Counted from the stretch's first letter, positions 1-10,332 are shown. The stretch: DNA of 64,000 bases from Elusimicrobiota bacterium (GCA_046153645.1 JBJXGI010000056.1:1-64000), one strand, 5' to 3'. Made by a program: numbers and translations. The notes: generated by a model from the sequence alone, not told the origin.

Positions 1-728
1 TTGGTGGAGTATCAACGAAGTTAATTGATAGAAATACCACGATCCCTGTCAAGAAATCACAAATATTCTCAACAGCAGCTGACAATCAGCCGGCAGTAAC
101 AGTTCATGTTCTTCAGGGTGAAAGAGAATTAGCGAAAGATAATATTTCTCTCGGTAATTTCGATTTATCGGGAATTCCGCCTGCCTCGAGAGGTGTTCCT
201 CAAATTGAAGTTACATTTGATATCGATGCCAATGGCATCTTAAACGTCACGGCTAAAGATCTCGCTACGAATAAATCTCAAAATATCACTGTGACGGCGT
301 CGACAAAAATGAATAAAGAAGATGTCGAAAAAGCGGTGAAAGAAGCTGAAAAATATGCTGATGACGACAAAAAAATTAAAGCCAAAATTGAGACTCGTAA
401 TGAGGCTGATAGCATTGTTTACAATGTTGAAAATATGTTGAAAGAGCAAGGCGATAAAATATCGGCCGAAGAAAAAACAAACGTTGAAACAGCTTTGGCT
501 ACGGCTAAAGAAGCGCTAAAAGGTGAAGACTTAGAAAAAATTAAATCAACCAAAGATGAACTTTTGAAAGCCTCACATAAACTGGCTGAGCAAATGTACA
601 AAGCGGCAGCGGCCAATCAGCCTGGCGCACAACAAGCAGGAAATACTCCTGAGTCTAATGGAAATGGCAACGGTAAAACCGCTGACCATGTGGTAGATGC
701 GGAGATTGTTGAAGAAGGGAAAAAATAA
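1..728 (+). CDS. dnaK: Chaperone DnaK, C-terminal part (5' end outside window)
   Basis: Frame from nt 3 reads [29 protein letters not shown]...[17 protein letters not shown] and ends VVDAEIVEE; dnaJ follows. Confidence 0.98.
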   Translation, partial: GGVSTKLIDRNTTIPVKKSQIFSTAADNQPAVTVHVLQGERELAKDNISLGNFDLSGIPPASRGVPQIEVTFDIDANGILNVTAKDLATNKSQNITVTASTKMNKEDVEKAVKEAEKYADDDKKIKAKIETRNEADSIVYNVENMLKEQGDKISAEEKTNVETALATAKEALKGEDLEKIKSTKDELLKASHKLAEQMYKAAAANQPGAQQAGNTPESNGNGNGKTADHVVDAEIVEEGKK

Positions 729-737
729 AGTTCTCTT

Positions 738-1853
738 ATGGCCCAAAAACGAGATTATTACGAAATATTAGGCGTTTCCAAATCCGCTAATCCTGATGAA
801 CTGAAAGCAGCCTATCGAAAGCTTGCTTTACAGCATCATCCGGACCGAAATCCTGGGAATAAACAAGCTGAAGAAAAGTTTAAGGAATTAAATGAAGCTT
901 ATAGTGTCGTTAGCGACCCTGAAAAACGAAAGGTCTATGATCAATTTGGTCATGCCGGTGTTCAAGGGGGAGCTGGCGGTGCTGGACAAGGTTTCGAGGG
1001 TGGATTTAGCGGGTTTGGAGATATTTTTGGTGATATTTTCGAGCAGGCTTTTGGTGGGGGACAATCTCGTCAACGAAGTGGCGGTCAACCTGGGCGAGAT
1101 CTTCGTGTAGATAAAATTGTTTCACTCAATGAAGTTCTCACAGGGGTTGATAGTACCATCGACATTAATCGCGCCCAAAGTTGCGAAACTTGTTCAGGGT
1201 CTGGCGCAAAACCAGGAACCAATCTTAAAAAATGTTCGCAATGCGGAGGACGAGGTCAGGTTCGTGTCTCTCAGGGATTTTTTACAATGGCGCAAACTTG
1301 TTCCCGCTGCCGAGGAACGGGTGAGATTATTGAAAACCCTTGTCATACTTGCTCAGGTTCAGGGCGTGTTCATAAAAAAGCAAGTGTTAAAGTGAGAATT
1401 CCGCCAGGGGTAGAAAATGGAACAACGCTTCGGGTGAACGGATCTGGTGAAGCCGGAGAGCGAGGCGCTCCCGCGGGTGATTTATACGTTGTTGTTGGGG
1501 TTAAAGAAGATAAAAAATTTGAACGTGATGGTTCCAATTTATTTACTGATGCTTCTATCTCATTTCCAATGGCCGCTTTGGGAGGGGAAATAGAAGTTTC
1601 TTCTCTTGAAGGAAAAATAACACTTAAAATTCCAGCTGGCACTCAGCCAGGAACACATTTTAGAATGTCCGAGCATGGCCTTCCGAGTTTGAGATCCCGG
1701 TCCCGAGGCGATTTATATGTTCGTGTTCAAGTTGTGGTACCTAAAAAATTATCAAAAGAAGAAAAGAAAATTGTGCAAGATCTCGGCGCCAAATGGGATG
1801 AGGGAAAAATTAATAAGGACGAAAGCGTTTTAAAGAGAGTTTTTGGCAGTTAA
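738..1853 (+). CDS. dnaJ: Chaperone DnaJ
   Basis: J domain with HPD, G/F-rich region, four CxxCxGxG zinc-finger repeats. Confidence 0.98.
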   Translation: MAQKRDYYEILGVSKSANPDELKAAYRKLALQHHPDRNPGNKQAEEKFKELNEAYSVVSDPEKRKVYDQFGHAGVQGGAGGAGQGFEGGFSGFGDIFGDIFEQAFGGGQSRQRSGGQPGRDLRVDKIVSLNEVLTGVDSTIDINRAQSCETCSGSGAKPGTNLKKCSQCGGRGQVRVSQGFFTMAQTCSRCRGTGEIIENPCHTCSGSGRVHKKASVKVRIPPGVENGTTLRVNGSGEAGERGAPAGDLYVVVGVKEDKKFERDGSNLFTDASISFPMAALGGEIEVSSLEGKITLKIPAGTQPGTHFRMSEHGLPSLRSRSRGDLYVRVQVVVPKKLSKEEKKIVQDLGAKWDEGKINKDESVLKRVFGS

Positions 1854-1855
1854 TT

Positions 1856-2611
1856 GTGCCTCATTTTTTTGTTCAACCTGGTGAAATATCCGATCAGTTG
1901 TTTCAGTTAAAGGGTGATAGTGCCCATCATTTAATTCGCGTTCTTCGCGTTAAGAGTCATGACCCTATTTTCTTGTTTGACGGCAATGGGAAAAGGTTTG
2001 AGGCTATTGTCAAATCTGTTGATGTCAAAAATAATTTTGTGAACGGTCAAATTCTCAAATCTTCGCAAGATCTTCCTTCTCGTTTTTCTGTTCGTTTACT
2101 GCAAGGGATTCCTCGTGGACCCAAATTTGATTTTGTTATAGAAAAGTCAGTTGAATTGGGAGTCACAGAAATTATTCCTTTTTTTAGTGAAAAAAACCCC
2201 GTTGTTTGGGAGGGGAAAAAAGACAATAAAGTAGAGAGATGGGAGCGTATTGTTTTGTCGGCTTGTGAACAATCGGAACATTCTTATCTTCCCAAAATTT
2301 ATTCTCCTTGTGAATTCAAAGAGTTAGAAAAAATTATTAAACAATCTTCGGGATCAATTATTTTAGACCCTTTGGCAGATAAGGGGAGTTTAAAGAAAAC
2401 TTTTTCTGGTTGGTTTAAAGATCAAAACTCCGAAAGAACAGAAATCTTTAATATCATTACAGGGCCTGAAAGTGGTTTTTCTCCGATTGAAGTTAAAACG
2501 CTGCAAAATTGGGGAGCGGTTTCCACCTCATTGGGTCGAGAAATTTTACGAACAGAAACAGCGGGGTTAGCAGCTCTGGCCATGTTTAAATATGCGGGGG
2601 AAACAATTTGA
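1856..2611 (+). CDS. rsmE: 16S rRNA m3U1498 methyltransferase
   Basis: HLIRVLR, EKSVELGV, GPESGFS, LGREILRTETA motifs. Confidence 0.95.
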   Translation: MPHFFVQPGEISDQLFQLKGDSAHHLIRVLRVKSHDPIFLFDGNGKRFEAIVKSVDVKNNFVNGQILKSSQDLPSRFSVRLLQGIPRGPKFDFVIEKSVELGVTEIIPFFSEKNPVVWEGKKDNKVERWERIVLSACEQSEHSYLPKIYSPCEFKELEKIIKQSSGSIILDPLADKGSLKKTFSGWFKDQNSERTEIFNIITGPESGFSPIEVKTLQNWGAVSTSLGREILRTETAGLAALAMFKYAGETI

Positions 2612-3837
2612 AAATTTGGAGTTATACCTTTGGCTGCAAAGTCAATCAATATGAAACGGAGTTATTGCGTCACCGCATTTCATCGCCCGGTGATACACTT
2701 GTTAAAAATCCCGAAGAGGCCGACCTTTGTTTGGTGAACACGTGTACGGTCACTCAATTTGCTGATAAAGAATGTCGCCAACTCATTCGAAAAGTGTTGC
2801 GTGCCAATACGACAGCGCGCGTTATTGTGACAGGGTGTTACGCCACGCGCGACTCACAAGAAATCAAAGATATTTCACCTCGTTTAGAAGTTTATACCAA
2901 CCAAGAAAAAAATGAACTCCCTTCATGTATTGGTTTTGAAGTGGCCGATAAACCCTTAGGTATCCACCAATTCGCTGGTCGCACGCGCGCTTTTTTAAAA
3001 ATTCAAGATGGCTGTAAAGCGCCTTGTAACTATTGCATTATCCCCACAGTAAGACCTGATATGACCAGTAAAACGGTTACACAAGTTTTAGAGGAAGTAA
3101 ACGCTCTCCTTGATCACGGTTACCAAGAAATTGTTCTCACGGGGATTCGTTTGGGTCTTTATCGAGGTGTGGGAGAAGGTGGAAATAAAATTGATTTGTT
3201 GTCATTGTTAAAAATAATAACAGCCATTCCGCGCAAATTTAGAATTCGTCTTTCCTCGCTAGAAGTCACCGAAGTAACAGATGAGCTTATTGATTTTGTT
3301 TCAAAAAACTCAAAAATTTGCCGTCACTTTCACATTCCTATGCAATCGGGAAATTCAGAAGTCCTTAAAAATATGCGGCGCTGGTACAATGCCGATTTTT
3401 ATATGGAGCGCGTAGAAAAAGTTCGGTCCGTTATGCCGGATTGCGGAGTGACGGCTGATGTGATGGTGGGTTATCCCACTGAAACTGAAGAGCAGTTTAT
3501 GATCACCTATGAAAACATTAAAAAAATGAATCTTTCAGGCCTTCATGTATTTCGATTTTCTGCCCGAGAAGGAACGCCGGCGGCAACTCTAAAACCTTTA
3601 CAGTCGAGCCATATCTCCGAACGCGCCGAACGCTTAGGAAAATTAGACAAAGAACTGCGTGAGGCTTTTTACCGACGTTTTGAAGGTGCGACGCGAGAAG
3701 TGTTGCCAGAACCCTCCGGTGAAGGTTGGAGCGATAATTATATTCGAGTTGATGTCCCCTTAAACTTAGTTCCTCACGGTATGGGAACCCATAAAATTTC
3801 CAGCCATGAGTATCCCCCTATTGCGTTATCTATTTAA
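2608..3837 (+). CDS. mtaB: tRNA methylthiotransferase MtaB (radical SAM)
   Basis: TFGCKVNQYE, NTCTVT, TGCYA, KIQDGC..C.YC; follows rsmE. Confidence 0.92.
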   Translation: MKIWSYTFGCKVNQYETELLRHRISSPGDTLVKNPEEADLCLVNTCTVTQFADKECRQLIRKVLRANTTARVIVTGCYATRDSQEIKDISPRLEVYTNQEKNELPSCIGFEVADKPLGIHQFAGRTRAFLKIQDGCKAPCNYCIIPTVRPDMTSKTVTQVLEEVNALLDHGYQEIVLTGIRLGLYRGVGEGGNKIDLLSLLKIITAIPRKFRIRLSSLEVTEVTDELIDFVSKNSKICRHFHIPMQSGNSEVLKNMRRWYNADFYMERVEKVRSVMPDCGVTADVMVGYPTETEEQFMITYENIKKMNLSGLHVFRFSAREGTPAATLKPLQSSHISERAERLGKLDKELREAFYRRFEGATREVLPEPSGEGWSDNYIRVDVPLNLVPHGMGTHKISSHEYPPIALSI

Positions 3838-3845
3838 CCGTGTGA

Positions 3846-3877
3846 TGACTTTTTTAAATAATCATTTAAAAAAGTCA
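3846..3877. repeat. Perfect inverted repeat with 14-bp arms (hairpin/terminator or operator) at the left edge of islet 1
   Basis: TGACTTTTTTAAAT-AATC-ATTTAAAAAAGTCA. Confidence 0.55.
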
Positions 3878-4036
3878 AATGAGTAATTGTCATCTCTCTT
3901 CACAATACGGCGAGGGATTTTGGTTAAAAAATTAATTCCTATTGTCTTTTCTATCTGTTTTTGATGTTTTTTCGTTGTTAAATTCTCTGAAATTTAACCA
4001 CTTTGTCTTTGAAATTTCACGGGATCCTTTTAAACT

Positions 4037-7000
4037 GTGAAGGTGAAAAGATTCTACCGAAAGTCCATTTCTCTAGCCTTAACACTTGTTTATTTGTCTA
4101 CACAGGTGGTTTGGGCTGCCAAGGTGGAGACTGACTTTTGGGCCCAACGTCGCTCAAAAATTGAAACTCAAAATGAAGAGAAGAAGCCAGTTCAATTGGC
4201 GGCTCTCCCAAATTCATTCAACTCTCAATTTAATTCCAAAAATATTCTTAAAGAGCTTCCTGCGATTGGCCATAACTTAACTGTCACCCCGAAGTGGAGT
4301 AATTCCAAGCGCAATCAAAATAAAAATATTTCCCCAAAACTCCGCGATTTGGTTGATGCGGTTCCTCTCAATGTGGCCACCATACAAGAAGTATATTCTA
4401 CCTTTGAAACTCAACACAAAGAAGGAGTGGCTCTCATTCAAGATGTTCACATGAATATGGAAGCGCAGAAAAATATTGTTTCTGTGATCCAAGCGTTTGT
4501 TGATCAACAAAAAATATCCACCATTGGTGTGGAAGGCGCTTTTGAAAAGTTTGATTTCAAACCCTTTCGTGTTTATCCCAATTTGGATATCAGAAAGTCT
4601 ATTGCGGGAGATTTTCTTGTCAAAAATTTATTGGCTGCACCGTCTTATGTAGGAATAACCAGTGAAATAGAATTGCCCCAAATGATAGGAATAGACGACC
4701 CCGATCATTATTCAAAAAACGTAGAAGCCTTGCTCAATGCGCGTCAAACCAAGGAAAAAGCCACCAAAGAATTAGACCGAATTAAAAAAACATTAACTGA
4801 CGAAAAGAAAAAAGGGCTCTCAAAAGAACTGAATAATTTTGATCAGTTGCGAATTTCTTATCACAAGGGAAATGTGGGGTTGGGGGCTTATCTCAAGAGG
4901 TTAAAAGATTTTCCAACCTCAGCTAATCCGTCATCCCCGAATGTCTCTATCGGGGATCTCGATTTGACCACCGAACAATTTCTCGAAGCCTACCAAATGG
5001 AATCCAATCTTGATTTTAAGCGTGTAGAGAGTGAACGCACGATTGTCATCGAAAAACTCACGAAAACCTTAAGCGAAAAAGAAATAGCTGAGCTCATGCA
5101 GAAGAGTTTGGCCTATCGATTGGGAAAAATTGATTTCGGTATTTATTATCAAGACTTGAAAGATCTCTGTGAGAAAAAAGGCGTCCCTCTAAGACAGGCG
5201 CCTCATTTTGAGGACTACATTCGTTACGTTCTTTTGTCTGATGGCATTAAAGCTGACCGCTTATTTGAGAGCGTTAACCAGTTAGAAAAACAAATTGTCC
5301 GAAACTTAGCAAAATCCTCAAAAGAATTAGAGTTAATGAATATGAGTAACCATATTTCTTTAACTGAAAAGTTAATTGATTTTTCACTAACGCCGAATGA
5401 GTGGCTGGAATATAAAGGATTCCCCACCACGTTGTTCAGTGGGGGGGCGAGGGGGGGTATCCTCACACCTTTTGAAAAATTCTATGAAGAAGCCGATATT
5501 CGCAGTGCCAAAATGCTTGAGAATTTAAATTCCAAATCACAAAGTCCAAATAACAAACAATTTCCAAAATTTAAAAATAAAAATGAAATAAAAAATTTGA
5601 ATTTTGATGCTTGGGATTTGAAATTTCCAAAGCCAACGGTTTTGGTTGTTGGTGGCTTCCACACGCAAGAAATAAAAGAACTTCTTAAAAAACAAAAAAC
5701 CCCTTACGTGGTTATTTCTCCCAAACTTACGAAAATTGATGAGGGCTCAGGCAGCGCCTATCTTTCTGTTTTTTCGAGAGAAAAAACCCCTCTTGACCGT
5801 TTGTTTGCCGGGGAAAAGTTATTTTTAAATTCTGATCACTTGGCGTTAGGTACGGGGGCTCCCAAAACGTTACTTTCAGAAAAGTTAGCAGCGGCCGCGA
5901 TCAAAGTAATAAATACACAAGAACAAGAAACCGTTGAGGGGCCTAGCGGGTCTGAGTACCGCGTTGTGTTGGACCCTAATAAAAAAATTCGCGGTCTTCG
6001 TTTGGGAGAACAAGAGGAATTGGTTGTTCAGGAAACAAGGTTCTCCGCGCTCAAACGCGCTTCTATTTTTCGATATCCTGTGTTATTTCTAAAAAGTCTA
6101 ATCCAAATTCCTGCACGGATTATTAATGTGCTAAGTCATCCTCTCACTGCCCCCATCACAGAAACCCTTATGTTGTGGGCCGCGGTGTCTTATCTATCTG
6201 ACCCCACCGGTCTTTCCTCTATAGCAGCCTTTTTTATCATCCTCGTATTTTCCTTAATTCACGGGGACCTTTGGGATTTTGCTAATTATCAAAATCAAAA
6301 ATTTGAAGTTCCGGAGTTTTTGAGCCGGTTTTTTCAGCGATTCGTTGGCGGATTTTTACTCATACTTCCTTTTTTTCTCACATCAGGTTGGAATGCTGTC
6401 ATTTGGAGCGCCGGGGTTCACTTGTTTTGGAATGGGATTTATTATTTTAGAGAAGGAATCCTCCAAACAAAATTCGGTCAAATTGGGATTGTGGCGTGGG
6501 TATTGGAGAGGATGTTGCCATTGGCAATAGTAGACCGAAAAAAAGTGACTGAAGCACTGGCTATTTTTTTTAAAAATTATGCTCCTCACTCTCAAGAGTT
6601 TAGAATAAATCTTAATCCCTATTTCCAAATTCCTTGGGGAAGAAAGTTAACTCGAACAGAAATACAGCAAGGAATTGAATCCGGTGTCATTGTCTCTTCT
6701 ATTAAATTTCCTGGTGAATTAAGTTATAGGACCGATTCGTCAGACAAGGATATTCCTTTGCGAGGTTCTCAGTTACAAAAGGCTATCCCATTTAACGCCA
6801 AATCTGTTGATCAAGCATTTTTACTCGTCGATCAACTTCCTTTAAATTGGTTTGAACGGGTAACTGTGAATGTTAATTCGAATATTGGCGCAGGGCGAAA
6901 ACTTAAACGAGAAGAAATAATATGGGCAGTAAATCATGGGATCTTAGAGATGAATCCTAATAGAAACGGATTTTGCTACGTTAACTTTTTATCCGAAGCG

Positions 7001-9775
7001 AATATACCTACTGATAAAGCCGAGCGTGATCGACTGAGTTTTGAACTCTTATCAGGGTATCCTGAAGAAGGATTAACTGTCTTTACAAATTCGTGGGACT
7101 TACCTGAGGGAATGCAGCTGCTTTCAAAACAACAGATTGTATTAGGTTTGTCGCAAGGAATAATGAGAGTTTCGAAAGAAAATGGAATTGAGAACCCGAT
7201 GATTAGGTGGGCGCCTGGTAAAACCATAAAAGATCTTCAACGATTCATTGAATTGTTACCAACTCCAGAAGAGAATGAGATGACAGCAAAACTGTTAAGA
7301 ATCACGAGTTGGTTTGTTTCAACTAATAACGATTCCGATAATAATGAACCAGGAACTCTAGCAAGAAGAATTGAGCAATCTGATTGGAATTCGGTTGAAA
7401 TTCTATTTGAGAAAATTAAACTCGTATTAGAAGATCCTGAAAAATCAAAACAAAGTATGAGAGATGTAGCCCAAGTCATTCTCACGTGGACCTCTTTATC
7501 GGCGGATACAAAAGGGCTTCTTATCGGAAGCTTGTGGAAGGAAATGGAGTGGTTGCTAGAAGAGGAAGGGAGAGATATTTTGTTAAAAATATCTCAAGAA
7601 AATGAAGAAATCTACAATAAGGCACGAGAAGCGATTCGAGCGGATTCCTTGCATCGGCAACAATGGTTACGAAAGTTTTTTCAGGTTTTTCATCACTCTT
7701 TTTATTTATATCTTCGGAATAATGGGAAAAAAACAATTCTCTTGGGACAAATTCGCCGCTATGTCAGTTTTTTTTGGAAAAACGTATACAATCGAATAAA
7801 TCATGTGGCTCCGATGTATACGAACAGGAAGGGTGGGTTTATATCATCTTGTGATTGGGAAGAAGTTGTAGTGATCGAAGATGAAGTAGATATGGATTTA
7901 AGACTTATTGGTGTTCATGAAGCTCAGCATCATTTTGATTTTAAGTTGCTTCGAGGAGAAATTGATTCTCAAGACCGCGAATATTTAGCTTATCTAAGGA
8001 CGGCAATTGAAGTTGGTAAGCTTTTAGAGAATCGACCTCCAGATCCCCTTTCTCTGCTCGGGCAAATTTTTGCCGGTACGGAAATTTTAAATTATTACTT
8101 GGCACATGAATCAGAAGACGAAGCTCATATACAAGGTACGAAGCGCGTATTAGTTGATTTTTCAAGAGAATTAAATTTTGCTACAGGAAGTGATGTTCTT
8201 GCGGCGTTGACCACTATACCTCCTCAAGAGATTTCCAAAACAGCGCGTAAATTAATGGATGATTTTTATCGGTCACATGGGAAGGTTCCAAATTATTTAG
8301 ACATCGATTTATTTAATCTCCCCCCAGTTTTTGTTGCTGCGCCAGATGGTTCTTGGACCGATGGACGCACCGATAAATTTGTTAAATCAGAACAATATCG
8401 ACCCCAACTGATGGATGCTCTCAAAAACAGACAGACGAATCCATTTACTAGTTCTATCAATAATACAGGCGGCATCAGCTTCATTGTCAAAGCCTTATTT
8501 TTTGAACTGCCTTATTTGATTTTAAAAATGTTTATTCCCTCTTTGAAATCAGCCAGTATTTATGCGAAGTGGAGTAGTCGTTACAATCGTTTCGCTGCCC
8601 CTTTGATAGAAAATGGCATTGTTTTGAGCGTGCAAAGTTATTTGATGTCTGATGGAATGAACGCGCTTAGTGCGGGCCTTTGGGTTTGGGGCGTGTTTGC
8701 GGCGCTTCACTTTTTTGAATGGATAATTGCTCTTGCTGTTTGGGCTCTTTCTGGTAAAGAGTCACGTTTAGATAGGGGCCCTCCGTTACCTCTCAATTTT
8801 GGATTTTCTTTGGTTATTGCCGGTTTTAGTATTTTCTTACTCTCCGTTATTCCAGTTACATCAGTGCTTTCCGCTCCGTTTATTATTTATGCCTTTTTAT
8901 CCACGTTAGGTCATATGGGAGTTAATAATGCCACTTCAAATAGTGGACCTTCATTGAAAACGAGAAGTAAGGCAACTGATACCGTTGTTAAAAAAGAATC
9001 AGAAAAAAACATTTCCTTGTCTCAGGGTGTTGACTGGCTCGCTGATATAGGCGCAGCACTTCTGACGAAAAATGTAAGTAAGCTGGTTGATATTAAACCG
9101 CTTGGGCTCGGTGGAATAGGGCAAACTGAAAATAATTCAGAAGCGGCTACCATTGCTCAGCTAAATGAATGGGTGAATAAGCCTGAATTTTATGAATTGA
9201 TGGTTCAAGGGTTGAAAAACAGGCTTTCTCAATCCTCTATTCCTGAATTATCAACTGACGAACTTGAATATTTTGTCGATTTACTCATTGTAATGGTATT
9301 GGAGAAACAGGGGAAAGGTGGAAAAATACAAAAAGAATTCAGCGCTCTCAATGTGGGAAATAACAACCTCTTTTTGTTTAAAGGGGCAACGACTGGTCAA
9401 GAGCGTCGGCTTCGAAGCATGGGTATTATGATGATTCTCCGCCAGATGCAAGAAAAAAGTCAAAACCAATTTGTTGTTGATACGGCCGCCCGAGAAGAAA
9501 TTGAAATGATTAAAAATATGATGGAAAGATTTGGGGCGTTAACAGGGAAAATGAATATTTTAGTTAATGATGACGAATTTCGTTCGGATAAAGCCAATAT
9601 CCAAGCACTCAATAACATTTATGACAATCCTTCTTTAATTGTTCTACCACAAGATATGAAGCCTGACACGAAAGACAATAAAGTAAAAGCGTTCGAAGAG
9701 CTTGTGGCCCCACTTGCCAGTCTGAATGTCTCCAGCCTAGCTCAATTCCTGCGAGTTGTTTTGGTAGCGGCTTAA
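4037..9775 (+). CDS. Large secreted/multi-pass membrane protein (1912 aa): conserved N-terminal domain, two CPBP-like TM bundles, HExxH motif
   Basis: Long ORF; signal peptide ending VWA-A; N-terminus paralogous to 33194..37654; VHEAQH motif. Confidence 0.85.
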   Translation: MKVKRFYRKSISLALTLVYLSTQVVWAAKVETDFWAQRRSKIETQNEEKKPVQLAALPNSFNSQFNSKNILKELPAIGHNLTVTPKWSNSKRNQNKNISPKLRDLVDAVPLNVATIQEVYSTFETQHKEGVALIQDVHMNMEAQKNIVSVIQAFVDQQKISTIGVEGAFEKFDFKPFRVYPNLDIRKSIAGDFLVKNLLAAPSYVGITSEIELPQMIGIDDPDHYSKNVEALLNARQTKEKATKELDRIKKTLTDEKKKGLSKELNNFDQLRISYHKGNVGLGAYLKRLKDFPTSANPSSPNVSIGDLDLTTEQFLEAYQMESNLDFKRVESERTIVIEKLTKTLSEKEIAELMQKSLAYRLGKIDFGIYYQDLKDLCEKKGVPLRQAPHFEDYIRYVLLSDGIKADRLFESVNQLEKQIVRNLAKSSKELELMNMSNHISLTEKLIDFSLTPNEWLEYKGFPTTLFSGGARGGILTPFEKFYEEADIRSAKMLENLNSKSQSPNNKQFPKFKNKNEIKNLNFDAWDLKFPKPTVLVVGGFHTQEIKELLKKQKTPYVVISPKLTKIDEGSGSAYLSVFSREKTPLDRLFAGEKLFLNSDHLALGTGAPKTLLSEKLAAAAIKVINTQEQETVEGPSGSEYRVVLDPNKKIRGLRLGEQEELVVQETRFSALKRASIFRYPVLFLKSLIQIPARIINVLSHPLTAPITETLMLWAAVSYLSDPTGLSSIAAFFIILVFSLIHGDLWDFANYQNQKFEVPEFLSRFFQRFVGGFLLILPFFLTSGWNAVIWSAGVHLFWNGIYYFREGILQTKFGQIGIVAWVLERMLPLAIVDRKKVTEALAIFFKNYAPHSQEFRINLNPYFQIPWGRKLTRTEIQQGIESGVIVSSIKFPGELSYRTDSSDKDIPLRGSQLQKAIPFNAKSVDQAFLLVDQLPLNWFERVTVNVNSNIGAGRKLKREEIIWAVNHGILEMNPNRNGFCYVNFLSEANIPTDKAERDRLSFELLSGYPEEGLTVFTNSWDLPEGMQLLSKQQIVLGLSQGIMRVSKENGIENPMIRWAPGKTIKDLQRFIELLPTPEENEMTAKLLRITSWFVSTNNDSDNNEPGTLARRIEQSDWNSVEILFEKIKLVLEDPEKSKQSMRDVAQVILTWTSLSADTKGLLIGSLWKEMEWLLEEEGRDILLKISQENEEIYNKAREAIRADSLHRQQWLRKFFQVFHHSFYLYLRNNGKKTILLGQIRRYVSFFWKNVYNRINHVAPMYTNRKGGFISSCDWEEVVVIEDEVDMDLRLIGVHEAQHHFDFKLLRGEIDSQDREYLAYLRTAIEVGKLLENRPPDPLSLLGQIFAGTEILNYYLAHESEDEAHIQGTKRVLVDFSRELNFATGSDVLAALTTIPPQEISKTARKLMDDFYRSHGKVPNYLDIDLFNLPPVFVAAPDGSWTDGRTDKFVKSEQYRPQLMDALKNRQTNPFTSSINNTGGISFIVKALFFELPYLILKMFIPSLKSASIYAKWSSRYNRFAAPLIENGIVLSVQSYLMSDGMNALSAGLWVWGVFAALHFFEWIIALAVWALSGKESRLDRGPPLPLNFGFSLVIAGFSIFLLSVIPVTSVLSAPFIIYAFLSTLGHMGVNNATSNSGPSLKTRSKATDTVVKKESEKNISLSQGVDWLADIGAALLTKNVSKLVDIKPLGLGGIGQTENNSEAATIAQLNEWVNKPEFYELMVQGLKNRLSQSSIPELSTDELEYFVDLLIVMVLEKQGKGGKIQKEFSALNVGNNNLFLFKGATTGQERRLRSMGIMMILRQMQEKSQNQFVVDTAAREEIEMIKNMMERFGALTGKMNILVNDDEFRSDKANIQALNNIYDNPSLIVLPQDMKPDTKDNKVKAFEELVAPLASLNVSSLAQFLRVVLVAA

Positions 9776-9808
9776 CATCTTTTCTGTTGAGGAATTTGTT
9801 GTTTCGTA

Positions 9809-9830
9809 TTACAATTATATATAATTGTAA
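9809..9830. promoter_or_regulatory. Perfect 22-bp palindromic operator overlapping a TATAAT -10 box
   Basis: TTACAATTATATATAATTGTAA; TATAAT at 9820-9825, ATG at 9833. Confidence 0.75.
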
Positions 9831-9832
9831 AC

Positions 9833-10330
9833 ATGAAGGTTATTATTTCAGATACATCTCCATTAATTCTTTTGACCAAGGTTGGTTTATTGAATTTGAT
9901 TGCTGAACGATTTTCTCTGGTTATTTCCAAGGATGTCGCCTTAGAGGCCACTTGTCGACAGGATTTGCCAGATGCGCAGTCAATTCAGGTTCTCATTGAT
10001 AAAAAGAAGATTTCTGTGAAAGTTATCAGTGAAAGTAAAACCTTGGGATTGAAAAATCAATGGGGTATTGGTCGTGGGGAAGCATCTGTTTTGGCGCTGG
10101 CGTTAAAAGAAAATCGAGTTTTGGTTACAGATGATTTTTCTGCCATGAGAGTCGCGCGAGCTCTCAATATTTCATTCGTGACAAGTGTATTGTTAATCGT
10201 TCAATTGCAACATAAGGGGATTTTAAGTTTTCAAGTAGCTGATGAAAAATTAATGGCTTTACAAGAGTACGCGTGGTTAAGTTCCGAAGTCGTGGCCGAT
10301 GCGAGGCAACGTTTAAAAGGAGGAAAATAA
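9833..10330 (+). CDS. PIN-domain nuclease (DUF3368/VapC-like toxin)
   Basis: IISDTSPLI, GRGEASVLALA, LVTDD PIN motifs. Confidence 0.85.
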   Translation: MKVIISDTSPLILLTKVGLLNLIAERFSLVISKDVALEATCRQDLPDAQSIQVLIDKKKISVKVISESKTLGLKNQWGIGRGEASVLALALKENRVLVTDDFSAMRVARALNISFVTSVLLIVQLQHKGILSFQVADEKLMALQEYAWLSSEVVADARQRLKGGK

Positions 10331-10332
10331 AT

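Noticed and set aside
5527..5626. Heptamer repeats as a CRISPR array
   Set aside because: No constant 25-40 bp repeat with spacers, no cas genes, and it lies in frame inside a CDS
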